Shown piece by piece: positions 25,301 to 39,230 of a stretch of 64,000 nt of DNA; position 1 is the first letter of the stretch; each line of letters opens with the position of its first letter. Origin of the DNA: Euglena gracilis. Taxonomy: Eukaryota. The stretch covers positions 16,200,140-16,264,139 of the forward strand of contig CP154954.1 of assembly GCA_039621445.1 (NCBI GenBank). Reading direction: 5' to 3'. The notes beneath the pieces were generated by a model, which was not told where the DNA came from, did no database searches, and was given only the letters and a program-made list of their open reading frames with translations. Made by a program: the position numbers and the translations under genes.

Positions 25301-28059
25301 AAATTGAAGCTCGTGGAATGCCCTATCTAATGGTTTTTTGATTTCCCGATACCTTCCCGCCAAACCCCGAGATGTGGCTGATTTATGGCACAAAACAGCA
25401 TGGCAGGCTTCCGATTCTGCCGTTTTCGGCCATTTTTTGGGGAAAAATCAAAAAATCTTCCCCAAACAATCATTTTGGGCTTTCCAGACCGGCGGCCTGT
25501 TGCTGCTTCATTTTTCCCTCTGGGGGTGGTTATAAGTCATGGTTTGGTAGTTGGGCCCAACGGGGGGGGTATAAGTGGGGGGGGTTATGGGATGGGGCGG
25601 GCAGACCTGTACCTATATTTTTTGAGATTTTTCACATTCTTGTTGAAAAATCACACTTCCCGAGTCGAAAAAAATTGCTTGAATTTCTTTGGCTGCTGAT
25701 CGCAAATGTGTGGAAAAACCACATTTTCGGATTTTTGTGTTGGCTACCCGGACTCCCAGGGAGAATATGGCTTCTAGCACTGCACCGCTGACCTATCTTT
25801 ATAGGGACCTGTCACCTCCCTCCGTACTCACTGATTTGACAGGTGACAATTTCTCGAAAATTGATATTTACCGGGCACATTGTAGATTTATTGAATATGT
25901 TAAGAATTTTCATCTGTACACAAGGATTTTATACAAGGATATACAAGAAACAAATTGGGAGTTACTGAAGGAGCCCAATTGCCTGAGAGCATTGGACATT
26001 CACAGGTTGCCCCACTCTCCTCGTTTGTTTCAGGGTCTGCTCTTGCTTTTGGATTGTCCCATCCCTGATTGCCAGCAGAAGTCGGCAACCGCTGCTACAG
26101 GATGGTTGCTGCCATGGAGTCTTATCCTTCCGCTGAGCCATGTCGCACCCACAATCTTTATATTGGGTGTATCTAGGGCAGCTCTCAACACGTGCAATAC
26201 ATTTTAGTTATGGTGAGGGCGCCAACTCCCCATTGTAGCCCTGATCTATGAAGCTCCCCACCTCGGTGAGGGGTCTCTGAATATTTTTTGTAGTTGCAAA
26301 ACCTCAATTAGCTGATTTTTTTTGCAGTTTTTATGAAATGAATGAATGAATGCTGTTTTGACCAGTTTCTCTCCGCAAAAAAATATCACGGATTTTCCCA
26401 TTTCTGCCTGGATGGTTGTTTGTTTGTCAATACGTGTGTCTGAGTGTCTGTATCTGTCTTTTGGACGTCTTCAGGGAAAAAAGCGTGCAAAAGTGTGCTA
26501 AACAGAAGAAAATTTGCAAGTGAATGGAAGGGTACTGCTTTCCACTGCAGAAAAAGGGCAATTGACCACGCCAGGACCTCACCAGCAGGTGGGGCCCTGG
26601 TTTAATGGTCCTCAGGTTGGGGTTTGGTTTGAGCTAGTGTTTGGGTTACGTTCAGGATTGTCGGTCGATGCCACATTTAATCCTATCTAATCCATGGCAT
26701 AATCATTCTTGCCCTGCTTCATAAAGCAGCAGGCAAGTCGAATCTGGGCAGCTGAAAGGGCGGTTTGGAAAATCAGATTCCTTGTTAAATCAGGGATTTC
26801 TTGAAGATTGGACCCGGGGGGGGGGGCACTCAGGGGGAAGTTCCACAGAAAAGGTTTGTCAAATAGGAGTAATGTGCGGTGTGAGTGCGTGTGCAATTTT
26901 TTGTCGGCTTATAATGGGCCCTGGGGCATCATTTCTCGGCCTTTTTACCTGTTCCCCGAGTGTTAACGACCCAAGGCATCGTTTTGCTTGGTAAATGGTT
27001 GGGGAGCGATGGCAAAGGTTGGCTGTTTCAAAGGGAAAATGGGCCCCGAGCCCGCCAATGCTTTTTCAGGGTCGCTCTTTTGTGTGACCGAACCTGAAAG
27101 AAACCAGCAGCATCGACCTCCCACACCTCCCCCTCGATCGAACGTTTGTGATTTTTGCCCGCAGTATCGAAAATTCCACAGAAAATATTTATCAAACGGG
27201 AGTAATGTTCGTGTGCGTGTGTGTGCAATCTTTTTCGGCTTGTAATGGGCCCTGGGGCGTCATCCCTTGGCCTTTTTGGGGGCGGGTTTGTTGTTATTTT
27301 GTTTTTGGCTCGAACTCAAAGTGAGAGATGGCGTGAAGTGGTGCACCCACAGTACCCCCCCCCCCTCCACACCCCCCCACACCTCACCCCCCCCCCCTGC
27401 TGCCACCCCACACACACCCCTTCGCTGCCACCCCCCCCCCTGTCACCCCACACTTGGACCTCATTGAATGCCAAGTTTTTGGCGTACAATTCACTTTTTG
27501 TGGGCACCTTTTTTGGCGTCATTTTTTGACACCGGCCTCGTCTGGGGGAGGGGATGCCCCCCCCAGAACAAAAATGGCATCACTACTCTGTGCAAGGTGA
27601 GGCTCAAATGTCTTTTTGCGTTCCTTTTTTTTTTGAGATCTTCCCGTTCATTTCCATGTGTCGTGCCATGCTCTGGCAAATTGGTCACCTGAGCCTCCGC
27701 GGAGCCTCTGAGGAGCCGCTGTGGAGGCTGGTTGTTTGGAGCCTTTGCGGAGCCTCTGTGGAGACTGGTTACCCAGATCCTCCACGGAGCCTCCACGGGG
27801 GCTCCGCGGAGGCAACCCAAAAAAAATGCAGGATTCAGATTTTGTTGTCGAGCCATCCCTTACTCGAACTGTCTAACCCTAACCCAAACGTTTATTGAAA
27901 CATTAGAATCACAATTGCACAAACGGTGCCTGTGAAGACTTGTAAAGACAATTGCCCGAACCAGTTGATACCACAAAGCTTGCACATCCGCAATTCTGCT
28001 AGCAATCCACTGAAAATTATTGTTTTTCATGGCATATGGCATGAGAAAGAAGAAACAAA

Positions 28060-28401
28060 GTCCTGAGTGTACTGATTGGGAACGTCCACGCTTTGCCATC
28101 CAGCGGGGACACAGCGATGTTGGTGATGCTGCACGAAGTCCGCCAGGACTGATTGCACTGGGCGCCTGGCCACCAGCGGGACGCAGCACAGCACCCTCTC
28201 CACGGAAGGGCACTTTTGGTACTCCGGGATGGCCACCAGGGTCGTCTGCACGATGGCCACGATGGCTATGGCGGTGCAGTCCTGGGTGCGGACAGGTTCA
28301 TAAGGGGTGGAGCGCATCTGGTGCTTCCTGAAGTTGTCGTACCACAGCACACAGACTTTCCCCGCCCTCTGCTGCCGCAGTTCCACCCGACACCCGTCCA
28401 C
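28060..28401 (-). pseudogene. Diverged paralogous transposase fragment in the palindrome spacer
   Basis: QQRAGKVCVLWYDNFRKHQMRSTPYEPVRTQDCTAIAI...VAIPEYQKCPSVERVL aligns with QQSEGRSCVLWFDNFWKRAMTSNPRMVIRTHDCCVMAM...DAIPEYLGYPSLEQLL. Confidence 0.85.
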
Positions 28402-31400
28402 TCGCTCCTCGTGACGACTGATTTCAGTCGGGTTCAGTCAGGTGGATGCCGCCGGGACTCAGGTGTCTGCTGAATGACTCCTTCATCTGCATTGGACGTC
28501 CTCAGGGGCCACGATGGGCTGTTGCGCCATACAGGTTGCCAACACAAAAAACGTACCCGCCAAAAAGCAAATTCCCCTTTCCATTTTGAATGGGCCCAGG
28601 GGCGTCATGCTCGAACTCAAAGTGGTCGATGCTGCTGGTTTCTTTCAGGTTCAATCACACAAAAGAGCGACCCTGAAAAAGCATTGGCGGGCTCGGGGCC
28701 CATTTTCCCTTTGAAACAGCCAACCTTTGCCATCGCTCCCCAACCATTTACCAAGCAAAACGATGCCTTGGGTCGTTAACACTCGGGGAACAGGCAAAAA
28801 GGCCGAGAAATGATGCCCCAGGGCCCATTATAAGCCAACAAAAAAATTGCACACGCACTCACACCGCACATTACTCCTCTTTGACAAACCTTTTCTGTGG
28901 AATTTCCCCCTGAGTGCCCCCCCCTGGGTCCAATCTTCAAGAAATCCCTGATTTAACAAGGAATCTGAATTTCCAAACCGCCCTTTCAGCTGTCCAGATT
29001 CGACTTGCCTGCTGCTTTATGGATCAGGGCAAGGATGATTATGCCATGGATTAGATAGGATTAAATGTGGCATCCACCGACAATCCTGAACGTAACCCAA
29101 ACCCTAGCTCAAACCAAACCCCAACCTGAGGACCCTTAAACCAGGGCCCCACCTGCTGGTGAGGTCCTGGCGTGGTCAATTGCCCTTTTTCTGCAGTGGA
29201 AAGCAGTACCCTTCCATTCACTTGCAAATTTTCTTCTGTTTAGCACACTTTTGCACGCTTTTTTCCCTGAAGACGTCCAAAAGACAGATACAGACACTCA
29301 GACACACACATTGACAAATAAACAAACATCCAGGCAGAGATGGGAAAATCCGTGATATTTTTTGCGGAGAGAAACTGGTCAAAACAGCATTCATTCATTC
29401 ATTTCATAAAAACTGCAAAAAAAAATCAGCTAATTGAGGTTTTGCAACTACAAAAAATATTCAGAGTCCCCTCACAGAGGTGGGGAGCTTCATAGATCAG
29501 GGCTACAATGGGGAGTTGGCGCCCTCACCATAACTAAAATGTATTGCACGTGTTGAGAGCTGCCCTAGATTCACCCAATATAAAGATTGTGGGTGCGACA
29601 TGGCTCAGCGGAAGGATAAGACTCCATGGCAGCAACCATCCTGTAGCAGCGGTTGCCGACTTCTGCTGGCAATCAGGGATGGGACAATCCAAAAGCAAGA
29701 GCAGACCCTGAAACAAACGAGGAGAGTGGGGCAACCTGTGAATGTCCAATGCTCTCAGGCAATTGGGCTCCTTCAGTAACTCCCAATTTGTTTCTTGTAT
29801 ATCCTTGTATAAAATCCTTGTATACAGATGAAAAATCTTAACATATTCAATAAATCTACAGTGTGCCAGGTAAATTATCAATTTTCGGGAAACTGTCACC
29901 TGTCAAATCAGTGAGTACAGAGGGAGGTGACAGGTCCCTATAAAGATAGGTCAAGGGTGCAGTGCTAGTCCGGGTAGCCAACACAAAAATTCGAAAATGT
30001 GGTTTTTCCACACATTTGCGATCAGCAGCCACAGAAATGCAAGCATTTTTTTTCGACTCGGGAAGTGTGATTTTTCAACAAGAATGTGAAAAATCTCAAA
30101 AAATATAGGTACAGGTCTGCCCGCCCCATCCCATAACCCCCCCACTTATACCCCCCCCATTGGGCCCAACTACCAAACCATGACTTATAACCACCCCCAG
30201 AGGGAAAAATGAAGCAGCAACAGGCCGCCGGTCTGGAAAGCCCAAAATGATTGTTTGGGGAAATTTTTTTGATTTTTCCCCAAAAAATGGCCGAAAACGG
30301 CAGAATTGGAAGCCTGCCATGCTGTTTTGTGCCATAAATCAGCCACATCTTGGGGTTTGGCGGGAAGATATCGGGAAATCAAAAAACCATTAGATAGGGC
30401 ATTCCACGGGCTTCAATTTAGGTCTCTGGACATTTCCTCTGATTTCGCTTCATTTCCGAGATATTTTGGAAACATCGATTTTTTGGCCCCGAAAAAAGCC
30501 CAAAATGGCCCAGAAATGGGCCGAAATTGGCTGAAAAAATTGCCGTAACTCTACGGCTACACGAAGAGTTGGGGGGAAAAAGAAAAAAACACGGTTGGAT
30601 AGGGCATTCCAAGGGCTTCATTTTTACTCTGCGGACATTTTCTTTGATTTTGCTTCATTGTCGAGATAATTTGGAAAAATCGATTTTTGACCCCAAAAAA
30701 AAACGGCCCCAAAAAAACACCCAAAATGGCCATTTTGGGCCGCAAAGCGTGCCGGAACACGGGCCAGGCGTGTCGGCGGCCAAAACGGTGAAGGGGGGGG
30801 CGATGGAGGGCCTCCGGGGGACATTTCGTCAGACCGCATTTCCGGAAATAATGTACGCTTCCTCGAGATATTTTCGAAAAATCGAATTTTTGACCGACGG
30901 GTGACCCATTTTTGGACCCTGGCGAAATGGCAGAGTCGGAAGGGGGGGCAGGGCGGGCCAATCCTACCCAGTTTGGACCCCTTCGCGGCTGAATAACTTG
31001 GGCTTGGCGGGGAGTTGGGGGTCAAACGGAGGTGATTTGGAAACTAGAAATCCAGTCGCGACTGAAAAAAAAATTCCGGGAACGGAGCTGGGATCATGGT
31101 GATAATCCGCCGGTTCCTGAGGTGGCCCCAACCCGGGGGGGGGGAGGGTGGGGGCGGTTCGAACCCCCCCCCATTTCCCCAGGGGTAAGCTTCGCTCTTA
31201 CCCATAAAGGGATAAGAGCTCAGCGACTCCCCCCTATCACCTTCCTCATGAGTGCCGAGCTTCCCATACAACCCTGGGGCCGGGCTGGGCCGCCCTGGCT
31301 GCCACAAGCCTCAAACGTCTGCTGCAGCATGGCACCATCAGACACATGAAGAGCTCAGCACAAAACCTGGTTTACAAGGTAGGTGGCAGGTTCCTTTGAA

Positions 31401-34400
31401 GGCGGTTCAGGGTTGGCACAGGGGACGTTTTCCCGGGTATGTGCGATGATGGCCCCGCACATTCCACAGAACCAGCCCAAATCCCATCTCAGAGTTGCGC
31501 CTGGTGGATTGGTGCTTTGTCGGGCAATTGCGACTGCTTAATCCAGGTTGCACCGCTGCGGGATTGCAGAAATATGGTTTGGCATCGAGTGATACAGATA
31601 CAGATGCAGAGACATAAAAATTGCCGAAATGGATCGCGTTTGGGCGTATTTTATTGGCCTTCTCACAAGTGAAATCTTGGTGAAATTGGTGACCCCATCC
31701 ACTGCGAACACTCCACTTGAAAGAAAAAAAACAGGCCCTGATTTTAACCCCATTGAGCACGCGCACCAGTTGCAGGTCGGACGTTGTGCAGTCAGAGTGT
31801 TTTCTAACCGCGAGCAAGAATTGGCAGGTTGATGTGCTTGTAGGGATTTGATGGGTTTCTTTCGAGGGAGCTGGGGGTAAACCCTGGGGTTTGGCATGAC
31901 CTCACTTTGAGGTGGTGCTACTCAGTTCTAAGCAGTCGCAAATGCCTGTCCAAGTGCTCCACCGGTACTCGCAACTCTGAGGTTCTTCAGCATGGTTCTG
32001 TGGAGTGTGGGGTGCCATTCTTTTTTCCCATTTCTTTTTTCAGGGGATGAAAATTCTTTGTGGACGTGGGTATGAGAATTTATGGGCACGCTGGAGATAA
32101 CCACACAGCTTGTCTTCCACATTTTTTTAAAAAATTTTCTATCCCCTTTTTTCAGAGCGTTCTGGTCTCCGAATATGATTTGCGACTTTGGCCGACACCA
32201 CCCATCCTTTTTAAGGCCATTTTTTTGCTCATCCAATCTTTTCTTCAACCCCAAATTCCCACCTCTGGTATGAATTTTTGCGAAAGTGCACCCCACTCCC
32301 AAGCACAATAAAGCCACGATAGATGCTTAAGATGATGTGGGACTTTTTTTGCAAGTGACCAGAGCTTTGAGGTCAAAAGGCTGGGTGTCCACCAACCTGG
32401 TGCACCAGGAGGCTTTCGGACGCAAAAACACGATTCCAAATAATTGGTCAAAATGCTGATAATTGTGGGACCCCCCCCTCAAGGACCAGTGAAAAATACA
32501 CTCGATAGTCTAAACTTAGCACTTAACAGGTAACCTCCCCCTCTTGTCCAAGACAAGCCAAGTGTTCAAGGAAAGTGCCCTTGACAGGGGGGGTCTCAAC
32601 AACCGCTGTTTCAACGGCACGATACCATGGTAATGTTTTTCTCACTGCGGTTTGATCACCCAACAACCATGGCCTCCACAAGAGGAAGATGATTGCGCAG
32701 GCTGTTGGTCCTTGGACTCAATCACGAGGTCGCTTGGACCACGTATTGAGGGCCACCGCAAGGGTCCCTGAGCGGTTAGCAAACGAGGAAGAGCCATTGG
32801 CACTTAATTCTGGCGGGGATACAAAAAAAGGCAGTTTCCTTGACATGAGGCGGTGCTGTGGTCCTCAATGTGTAACAGGGATGTGCAGTTCTGGCAGACA
32901 AAACCCAATTCATTGGGTGACAAAAATCCTATGAATCAGTAAATTAAAGGAACACAGATTGAAATGGTGATTCAGGAAATGAATCCATTCCTTCTTTTAA
33001 CAATGCCTCCGTTACTCTGCAAGTAGTTTGAAAACCCTCCGGTATATGGCCCAAGGACCTTCAAAAGAGTACGGATTGTGCACCGTATGGTAGGCTGGCT
33101 TACTTCCGGGTGACACAGGGGGAGGCAGGCTGGGACCCATCTGAGGGGGATCAGGGGCAGGCAGACCCTGACTGCGGCATCAGTTCCCCATCTTTCAGAG
33201 CATCTGCCTGGCCGCCACGTACGTGATGCAACAGGGGTGCGTGGGAGAGGACCACGTCAGTTGCAGCTACAGCAATGCTGTGCTCTGCCCGAGATCCAAT
33301 CCCATCCATACAGTTGCCTAGCAAATTGGTGCTTACACCCAGTCATGCCACAGGTGTTTGGTGCATGCTTGTGCTTACCGACCAGGGGGGGAGGGTGGGT
33401 GGGTGCTATAGAGTGCCTGCCCCTAGCAGGCACACCCCCCAGGGGGGGGTAGGGGTCTGGGGGGCCCAGAAAATCTTCATTGAAAATGGCCTTTCCCAGG
33501 CCCCCAGCGCCTTCGGCGCCGGGGTCAGAGGGGGGTTGCCTGCTATGGGCAAGCACCCCCCAAAATCCTAACCCCCCCTGGGGGGGGGTCGGATCGGGTG
33601 CCATGGGGTGCCTGCCCCTAGCACCCACCCACTCCCCCGTGGGGTAGGCACCCGACTAAGCACAAGCCTGGTTTGGTGGGGTTCTCCCTGGGCAGGTACA
33701 AAGGGTAAACCACCAGATTTGGGACAAAAATCCAAAGGCCATGCCCCCAAAAAGAAACCAGACAAAGAGGCCAAGAGAAGGGATGAGGGTTCAAAAAAAA
33801 GGCAGTCAGGAGGGGAGGCAGGAATAAGCAACCTTGCATGTCTCCATGTCCGACCACATGAAGCAGGGATCGGCGGGCGAGTGGAGCCGATGGGAACGCA
33901 GCGCAGTCAGCCTGGGTGCCCTCGGAGGGGGCCCATTCAGCGAATTTCTTGAGAACCCCCTCTGGCAGGGTCCAAACGGCTGGCTGGAAAAAAATGCTGG
34001 CTGGACCCCCTCATTACTTTGTTTTACTTTATTACCACTCCCCCCCCCCGGGGAGGGGGGTCGAGTGGTAACCGGCTGGCTGACTGGCTGGCTGGCTGGC
34101 TGGCTGACCGGCCAGCTAAACCGGACGCCCCCCCCCCAGGATAGGGTGGGGTCCAGCTTAAGAAATTCCCTGCGCCCATTGCGGCGGGCAGCAGTCCAGC
34201 ACCCCAGGGTGTGTCGGCTCTGGGGAGGGGAGGGAGCTGGCAGTCCTGTCCTCCGAAGGCAGCAAGGCTGCTAACCCCCAACGCACAGAAATGTTCCAGG
34301 AATGTGCGTTGACACAGAGGGGGGTTGTCAAGGGCACTTGTGTCAGACAAGGGGACGGTCCTTAGGGATGGGCCAGTCGAGAGCTCTTGGAATTTTCGGG

Positions 34401-37400
34401 AAAGGCTTTCACCACACCGATTCTGGGTTCCCTGGCACCGCGGTGAACTTGAAACAAAATCAAAGTCCATTTTGAGCAAGAATGGCTTTGGGGAGGGTGC
34501 AAGTGGTTCGGACGCTCTTGTCTGAACGGCGGCAAGAATGCTTTCATATTCTATGCTTTCCAGGGGAACGCGGTTCCTACCACAGAAATATTTCACAGGA
34601 TTTTCTCTGTACAACAGGTTTTTGCGACTCTTAAATTGTGAACTTGTGATACCCACCACACAATTTTTTACCGACCCCCGGGGGGGAGGGGGGGTCACTC
34701 CACTTTTTTAAAAACCAGTCAGCCACTCTCTTTCGGAAAACCAGCCAGTCACTATCTATGACTGTCTATCTATGACTGCTGACTGTGTGCTGAATACTCT
34801 TGTCTGTGTGCTGCAGACCGTATGAACGTGCTCTGCTTCACACTCCCAGGGATGAGGTTTGAAAAAGCAGGGGGAGGGTTGGACCGTCCCTGCGTTAACA
34901 AGAGAGCCCGAAGCCATATTCTCCGTGTTTTTGAACTCCCCACTGGAGATCCAGGACAAATGTGCAATACCTACTGGTATCCCAACTCCAGGTTTAGGGT
35001 TAGGGTTTTGGGTTATTGGTTCGGGATGGGGTCAGTGTCAGGGTTAGGAAGGTTAGGGTTAGGATTCATCCCATAAAGACTAAAATTCGACAAAAATTAG
35101 GCCTAATTCAGCTAAATTTAGAGCCAATTTGGCCAAATTTAGCGTTGGCCCTCTTCTGAACAACAATTGCAACTCTAACCCCTATTCCTAAAATGACAGA
35201 GATTTCGATAAGCCATCGAAATCCCCCGTCCGTTTGCGGAAAGTGGACAGTACCAAAGGAATCCAGACAAGCACGCCAAAGTCCTCGGAGGAACTAAATC
35301 GTCGTGACGGAGCCGCGGCAGACTGTCCGTGGCTGGTGTGGCGCCAAAGCCCTGGTTGTCTCTGAAATGTTTGAGGGACGGCAGCGGAGGAGATTCGGTG
35401 TGAATAGATGTCTTGTTTGTTTTCACCAGGGGTCAGTGGAAATGGATTCCCTCATTTTGTCAGCCCCTTTTTCAACCCCTGGGGCGGGGGGGGCCTGAGC
35501 TGAGCTGAGGCACTCAGAAGAAGGGCTCTTGCAAATCTCCGCCGTCCCAGCACACTCAGTGAAAAATATACAGGAAAATGGCAAGAAATTTTGGCATTTT
35601 CAGTGAGAACAGCTCGATCGATCGGGTTGATTCCTGGCACCCTTGGACCATCGTCCATCCACCCAAATCATCAAAAACTTTTTTTTGGACTTTTTAATTT
35701 TGGCCCCATTCAAGTCCCACCCGGCCCTTAGCCGGTTTGGCCGAAAGGGGGGCGGTCCTTAAGGAAATAAAAAAAAAACTTTCCTGTCCCTGAGGACCGC
35801 CCTGCCAGAAGAAGCTGCGGCGGGTTGCCTTTCTTCTGAATTGTTGTAACTAGGGGAACTCCTTTGGGGGAGCTCCTTTCGACCCAAGTGTTAGTGCTTG
35901 TGGGGAAGTGTGATGTCAGACTGTGTTGCGGTTTCGCCACACTGGCAGGTGGGGTATCATCAGGGTCGATGACCCTGCAACCGTCGTCCCTAATCACTCT
36001 TGTCTGTGGTGCTGACCGTTATCTACGCGCTCTGCTTCACCCTCCGAGGGGGAGGGCTGAAAAAATGAGCCAAAAAAAAAGGCAACCCAGGGCAGAAAAA
36101 TGGCTCCACAACTAGGACACCCTCCGGACACCACCTTTTGGGAAGGCTAAAAGTTGCAGTCGCAAAAATTTGCAATTCAGGCCAACTCAGAAGAAAAAAT
36201 GATCTCTAGCATCGTTGGGGCATTGCGGCGTCGGCAAAATAAAATGCCACAAGAAAGGGGTATATTTTTTTGTGTTTGTTTTTTCAAAAAATATTTTGGT
36301 TTTTTAACCTTTTTTTTTCGGACCATGTAAACTTTAATTTGATATTAAAAACTAAATATAAAAAAGAAAAAATTTTGTTGATTTTACTTTTAACCACTTT
36401 GAAAACAGATCCTTAAAAAAAGCCGTCCCGTTGTTGAGTGTCCAGAAACCCCCTTTGGTTTCAAACACCACAAACATCAAGAGAACAATAAAATCACTTT
36501 TTTTGAATTAAATTTTAAAAGCATAAATTTTTCGTTTTCTTGACAAGAAATCTTTTTCCCAAGAAAAAACTTTCAAAAATGAAAAGGGGTTTGAAAAAAG
36601 AAATTTTTTTCATTTTAATTTTTTTACAAAAAAAAAAAATGATTTTACAAAATTTTAGGAGGGTGAAATAAGGCCAAAAAAGGGGTATTGGCCATTTTTG
36701 GTGTTTTTGGCCTTTTGAATTTCAATTTGGCGGCTATGGACTTAAGCTGGGGTTGGATTAGTCAACCGATTCAAAAGCCAAACACATGCAAGTTGTGGCT
36801 CGGACCATGTAAATTCGAGTTGGCCTGCTGATATGGGCCCCCCAAAGGTCCAGAATGGAGGAAAGGACTGAAAGCCGTAGGGGGACTTGGGGAAACGACG
36901 AGGGGAAGAGGACCCCTTTGTTTGGATCGGTCGGGACTTGGGTGCAGTGCTGGGCACCACGCTGCCCTCTGACAGACACAGAATCCAACTCCTGCCAACA
37001 AAAAGCCGTCTTTCGTCCTAAGCGGGTGGTCAACGCACGAGGGGGGGGGTCCAGAAAACCCTTTGGTTTCATGGAGGGGACCCCACACTAACGAAGTGCG
37101 ATTATTCGGACCGTCGTGCAGCACTGAAACACATACCTGAATTCTTTGCAAAAAGCAGTTTCAGGCAAGCACCGAAAGTGTTTTAGAGTGGGGGACGCTT
37201 GCTTCCGCAGCCCCTCACTTTTGGCTGCAGCAGCTCAGAAGAACCAACCCATTTGTTGGCTTCAGAATCAGTGGGTCCTGCCAGCCAGCTGAAGCACCCT
37301 CACCTTTTGTCACCTTTTGTCATTTGAAAGTCAGTTGCAATGATGTCTTGAGGGATCCATGACCGGAAGCGTGGACGGCACAAGGACCAGGAACACCCTG

Positions 37401-39128
37401 TGATAGGTCAAACTTTTCGCCTATTTTGCATTCAAATTTTGAAGAAGTGCCTTTTTCCCAAAAAGTAAACAAACTTTCTAGCACAAGGTTTGTGGCTGCC
37501 CACAGCTGGACTTGGCTTTCTCAGTTTCTTCGAGCACATTGCAACTAAAATCTCAAAAAAATAAGACACTCCAAAATTAACCCCCCGAAAAATCCACCCG
37601 TGGTGCAGCTTTTCAGCAAACAAAAAAACTACCCTGCTCTCGGGATTTTCGGAAGCGCCTTCAAAAACGGTGAGAATTCCCCAAAATGGGCAACCATTTC
37701 TTTGACATATTTTCTTTTCTACACTTTTTGAATGCATTAAAATTGGCACCTTTTGAGGAAATTTTGGAAAAATTTGGCTCGAGGCCAAAAATTGTCCCTT
37801 TTTAGGCCTGATTTTGGACCTTCCGCAGGATGGTTTTTCAAACAAAAATTACAAAAAGTTGACTCCCAAAAATAAGCCCACCCCCCAGGGTTTAAAAACA
37901 ACGGACCCAACGTAGACCTTGGTCTTATTTGGGGGAACTGCTTCCAATTTGAATGCACCGGCACAAGCGATTCAAATGTTTCCACTGACAGTTGCGTGCC
38001 CACGCTTGCTATTTACGCCAGCAATGCCCCCTCCCACCAGGTGAGTGTGATGAGCCTGCAAGATGGAGAGTGGGGGCAGACCACAGGATTCGAACCTCCA
38101 GAAAGCATCCCAAACAGTGCGTCCCCCACTGGGGGGGGGGGTCCCGCTCAAGAGGCTGGAAAAGGTTCATACAGGCCGCTGGATCAACCCCCGGAAATAA
38201 GGTCTCCTGGTTGGAACATGGCCCGACTTGGGCTCGAACTGGACACCTCAAAAAAAAATAAAAGGCCTGGAAATCAGCAATTACACAAAAAATCGATTTT
38301 GATTCAAATTCTGAAGGAGGCAGTCGATTTTTTACCCATTTTACCCCTTTTTTCACCCATGCGTGCACCTTCGAAGGCAAAATACATTGCAGTCCAGCTG
38401 GCGTTCAGAGGGGATGGACAAGAATTAAAATTCTCTTCATGATGGGGCCAAGGGGGGGGGTCGCGAGGCTGGAACCCCCTTTGGTGCCAAAACCATGCAG
38501 CAGTTGCTCTGCAAACATCATAACAAAACCAGCAACCCCCCCCCTATGCGCTTGGTCAACATTGGATACAAGACTGGGTGTGGGGGCAAATTTGGAGGGC
38601 ACCCTCAAATGAAAAGACCAAAGGCCAGACGCCAGGAAGGGAGAAAAAAAAGAAAGAAAAGAAAAAAACCATTTTAAATTTTTATTTGCCTTCCATCGCC
38701 AACAACTGAGCGCATAATGAGGACCTTCTGGAGAACTCTGAGGCACAACTTACAACCCCCCCCCTCCCCTGCACAGACGTCCCTCTTTTGGGCCGACAGA
38801 AATACATACAGGTCCAATAACCAACCAAAGGACGATTCAGGCGGAATTCGGGTGGGGGAGAAAATTCCAGATGTGGGAATCCCAGAAAAATCAAAATGAA
38901 ACCTTCCCGGTTTTGGTTTTTTGGGTTTTTTTTTGCCCTCACGCCCGGAATGCTCAAATACTCCAACAGATACGTAAGGGACAACAATTGGAACAGTTGG
39001 ATGGAAGGGACAACGTTGGAACAGGGGATATTTGTTGGGAATTTTGCTCAAAAAGATGGAATTTTTGCACAGAAAACTGGTGGGAGGCGGTTGAGATGAA
39101 AAGTCATGGTTTGGGGGGTACCATAATC

Positions 39129-39230
39129 ATGTGGCCTGGGTGCGGTTCGGGCAGCTTCGGAGCCCCGCAGCTGCAGCCACAGGTCGGACTTACCGGGGAG
39201 CTGCTGCATGAGGCTGAACGGCGCGGCCAT
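39129..39230 (-). CDS. Same exon, copy 3 (palindrome mirror of copy 2)
   Basis: Reverse complement of 16826-16927. Confidence 0.7.

Noticed and set aside
25689-26207. 172-aa ORF with a mirror at 29534-29899
   Set aside because: No codon bias or motif, and the 5' part is not conserved between arms.
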